Part shown: positions 19,121 to 22,109 of the stretch, piece after piece
How positions within the stretch are numbered: position 1 is the first letter of the stretch
How the letters are laid out: the number at the start of each line of letters is the position of its first letter
DNA from: Oopsacas minuta
Lineage: Eukaryota; Animalia; Porifera
Direction: 5' to 3'
DNA: 22,109 nucleotides
Assembly (NCBI GenBank): GCA_024704765.1
Contig: JAKMXF010000104.1
Location: 1 to 22,109, forward strand
Notes under the pieces: model-generated
Databases searched by the model: none
Seen by the model: the letters and a program-made list of their open reading frames with translations, nothing else
Told to the model about the DNA's origin: nothing
Translations under genes and position numbers: made by a program

Positions 19121-20545
19121 ACTGATCGAACTTGTACCAAGTATCTAAATTCAATTTCAAATGTATACACATATTCATTTAAAACATACTTTGAACAAGT
19201 ATCTAAAGTCAATTTCTTCTGTCTCCAGATTTCTACGCTGAATCAGACCTTTTACAAGTTTCTGAATTCAATTCAACCGTCTGCACAAATTCAAGTTGAT
19301 TATGATTTGTATCAAATTTCTTGATACACTTCCAAATATGTGAACTAATTCATGGTGAATCTAACTTGTCAAGTCACTTCCTTCTATTTCATCAGTCTAC
19401 ACTTATTCACTGTGATTCTGACATTTTAACAAGTTTATATATTCAATTTCACTTGTCGCCAACTATTCAATTATATTTTGGCATATAACAAGCTCACACT
19501 TTCTATTCCAAGTGTCTGAGACCACATTCACTATGACAATTGTGGTAATAGGGCTAGGCATTGAATTTCCGTTGTCGGCACCTATTCACTGTGATGCTGA
19601 CTTGTAACAAGATGACACATTCAGTTTCAGTTTTCAGCAGCTATTCACTGTGGTTCAAACTTGCAACAAGGATACACATTATATTTCAGTTGGCACACCT
19701 ATTCACAATCATTCTGAACTCTCGCAAGAATAAATATTCATTATATTTTGTTATACATACTCCCTTAGATTATGAATTGGAACAAGCCTAACATTCCAAT
19801 TCAGTTGTCAGCACCAATTCACTGTGATTCTGACCATTAGTGAGTTTAAACATTCAATTTCTTTGCACCCCTGTTCACTGTGATTCTGACATTGTACCAA
19901 GTGTAAATATTCAACTTCAACTGTCTTCACATATTCATACTGATTTTGACGTATAACAAGAATTGTTAATCAATTTCAACTGTTTAGCTATATTTACTGT
20001 GATTGTGACTCATAACATGTTTACTTATTCAATTTGTACTGTATGCGCATATTTCGTGTAATACTGACCGGCAACACGGTAAATCATTCAATTTCAACTA
20101 ACTGGATATATTCACGGTGATTCTGAACTGTAACGAGGTTAAGCTTTCAATTTCAACTGTTTCTTCATACATTTCGTGTGATATGGACTAGTAATAAGGT
20201 TGATCTCTCAAATTAACTGGTTAAAGTGATTCTGGCCTGTTACAAAGACAATCGTATAATTTCAACTTTCTGCACATATTCAATGTAGTTCTTATGTCAA
20301 CAACTTTAATCATGCAGTTTCAACTATCTGTACTGATTTAATTTGGATTCGAACTTCAAAAAGTTAATCATTCAATTTCAACTCTATGTACTTATTTAAT
20401 TTGATTCTCAACTGTAACAAGTTTAATCATTCAACTTAAAAACTCTTCACATATTTACGATGATTCGGACCTGGTACAAGTCATATCATCTAATTTCAAT
20501 TGTCTAGGCCTATTCACCGTGATTCTAACATGTATCAACTTAGAA
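19121..20545. repeat. Diverged tandem array, 59-bp period, ~24 units
   Basis: TTCAATTTC-like anchors fall at about 19150, 19208, 19267, 19326, 19382, 19442, 19501, 19561, 19620, 19679, 19737, 19794, 19853, 19910, 19969, 20028, 20087, 20146, 20207, 20255, 20313, 20371, 20430 and 20489. Hand consensus: TTCAATTTCAACTGTCTGCACATATTCACTGTGATTCTGACTTGTAACAAGTTTAATCA. Confidence 0.95.
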
Positions 20546-20547
20546 GT

Positions 20548-21080
20548 TATTAAATAAGTAATTTGGTGAATAATTATAGAGATAAATAAGTTAACAAGAC
20601 CAATTATAAATGATCCATTTCTTTACTGTGTACGAAGAAAGTTGGTTTAAAATAGAAGAAATATGGTTATTGCGAATACATTTTGAAATCAACCGAGCTT
20701 ATATAATTTGAATCAATTGAATTGAACAGATCTGAACATCAGTATCCCATACAGTATCGGATTGCAATAATCTAGATTAGTAATAATGAAGTCATGTGCT
20801 AGGCTAAGCGTTCTAGTATATTTCTATCAAGATATATGGTAGTATTACTAATATTACTAATAATACGAAGAGCAGAGCTGTTACAGAGCAAATTAGAATT
20901 TACGATAATACCTAGATCTCTGATATTATCTACAGGTTCAATTGAGTGCCCATCAATTAATAGTTTCATAGTTGGAACCACCTTCATAAATTTATAAAAG
21001 AGTGAAAATATTGTATTTGCTCTGGATTCCATGTCATCGTATTCATTTTAGCATTTAAAGATTTTAGATCAAGTCCAAAG
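20548..21080 (-). pseudogene. L2/CR1-group non-LTR retrotransposon, post-RT C-terminal ORF2 fragment
   Basis: In order across frameshifts: TWNPEQIQYFH, LIDGHSIEPVDNIRDLGIIVNSNL, NLDYCNPILYGI, QLIQII*ARLI...NHISSILNQL...VKKWIIYN, YSPNYL. These match the L2-clade motifs V..VRDLGV.LDS.L, LDYCNSLL.G and LQ..QN.AAR.I...HI.P.L..L. Confidence 0.82.
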
Positions 21081-21704
21081 TGCTATTCCCTGGGCCGGAT
21101 TTAAGGTAGTGAGGGGAGTATTTTGTAGAGGTCCTCCAAATATTTATTCTATATGAACTTGAGTACTTGATACATTCAAAGAGTGACATAATATGAATTA
21201 TTGGCCCGAAAAGAGAAGATATCGACTTCATCATGCACTGTTGAAAGATTGTCCTTTATATTGTACCCACTATATTATAGTATAGTATATATGATGTAAT
21301 ATTCATGTGGTTCTATGAATATGATCGATGATTTGGTTCAAATTCACTAAGGATAGTAGAATTGGACCTCGCAATCTGAACTTCGTTAATCATAATCTTG
21401 CCAATCCGAACGGGCCCGAAAGGGTATACAACTTTGGAAAAGGTTCAAAAATTTCCAAAGTAACTAATAGCAAATTATTCTCCCGATATTGAATAATCTT
21501 GGTAAAGAGTATTCCGGAACGTTTATCTTCCGCTTCCATAAACATATCACATGTATGAACACCCACGTCTTTCGCAGCACCAAGATAAGAGATTACAGAA
21601 AGATAATACACAGCAAACATTTTCTATTTCTGAAACTTTTCGTATATTCCCTATAAATAGGGCTGCCCACTCCGAGTCAACATAGAATTAACGATGAATA
21701 TATA

Positions 21705-22109
21705 CAGGGGCATTCAATAAATACTAATCATACCATCTAAAACTATAGATACTTGTGTAAAGTTGGTAATTTTTGCTATGAATGTTCAAAGTAGTCTCCT
21801 GATATGCTACAACTGAATTTAGCCTTTTAATCCAATTTTCAAATGTCTTTCTGTACTCATCCTTGGGAATGACTTCAAGGTATCCGTAAATTGCCCAACC
21901 GAGGCTGAGCCGATCCTCAAATTCGCGTCCGGAGAGGTTGTCTTTGAGTTTTCTAAACAGCCAGAAGTCACATGGGGCTATATCAGGGGAGTAAGGTGGA
22001 TGTGGAACTTCGTGCATACCCATATCTTTAATTTTTTGCCTTACAGCCAAAGATTTATGCGGTCTAGCATTATCATACAAAATTTTGAGACCACGAGTTC
22101 CAGTCTTTG
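21705..22109 (-). mobile_element. Mariner family 2, 3' part, runs off the window
   Basis: TA (21703-21704) then CAGGGGCATTCAATAAATACTAATCA. These 405 bp are the reverse complement of 17223-17627: same length, same translation, and no mismatch in the stretches I compared. Confidence 0.95.

Noticed and set aside
19121-20545. CRISPR array
   Set aside because: There are no identical repeats, the inter-block segments are short and mutually homologous, no cas genes are present, and the context is eukaryotic.
19121-20545. Integron attC ('59-base element') array, hammerhead-ribozyme tandem, or protein-coding repeat
   Set aside because: No unit-long inverted repeat or RYYYAAC/GTTRRRY pairing and no cassettes. 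CTGATGA occurs in only one unit. A 59-bp period breaks the reading frame, so ORFs 18955-19212 and 19561-19791 are treated as incidental.
21090-21210. hAT-like terminus CTGGGCCGGATTTAAGG
   Set aside because: It resembles CAGGGCCGGATT-type hAT ends, but no partner TIR or 8-bp TSD was found.
17200-22109. Composite transposon formed by the two mariner copies
   Set aside because: The outer ends are not visible (N join and window edge), so mobility of the whole block cannot be supported.

Overview
AT-rich (roughly one-third GC by eye) eukaryotic, most likely invertebrate-animal, genomic DNA. It is almost entirely a nested transposable-element graveyard, and I can identify no intact host gene, tRNA, rRNA or CRISPR. 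From left to right: (1) the 3' part of a RAG1-like/Transib transposase pseudogene whose element ends at 3290 in an RSS-type heptamer (CACAGTG on the minus strand), with a DD34D mariner and a 567-bp hAT deletion derivative nested in its 3' region; (2) a complete but decayed 3.7-kb THAP/P-superfamily element with ~175-bp TIRs, a 7-bp TSD and two recognisable introns; (3) two Merlin (IS1595-like) remnants; (4) several degenerate MITE-like pieces; (5) a ZMYM1/DUF4371-type hAT remnant; (6) a candidate second Transib left end; (7) three pieces of a young second mariner family, two of them apparently identical inverted copies; (8) a Chapaev N-terminal fragment; (9) a Helitron-like element; (10) a 24-unit, 59-bp diverged tandem array whose core carries the CACWGTG heptamer; (11) an L2-clade LINE fragment. 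Two single-N positions (7968, 17199) look like assembly joins, so the 211-aa ORF at 16973-17608 is an artefactual chimera. Family assignments rest on my recognition of motifs, not on database searches. The best leads are the RAG1-like transposon with its heptamer ends and the unexplained 59-bp array.
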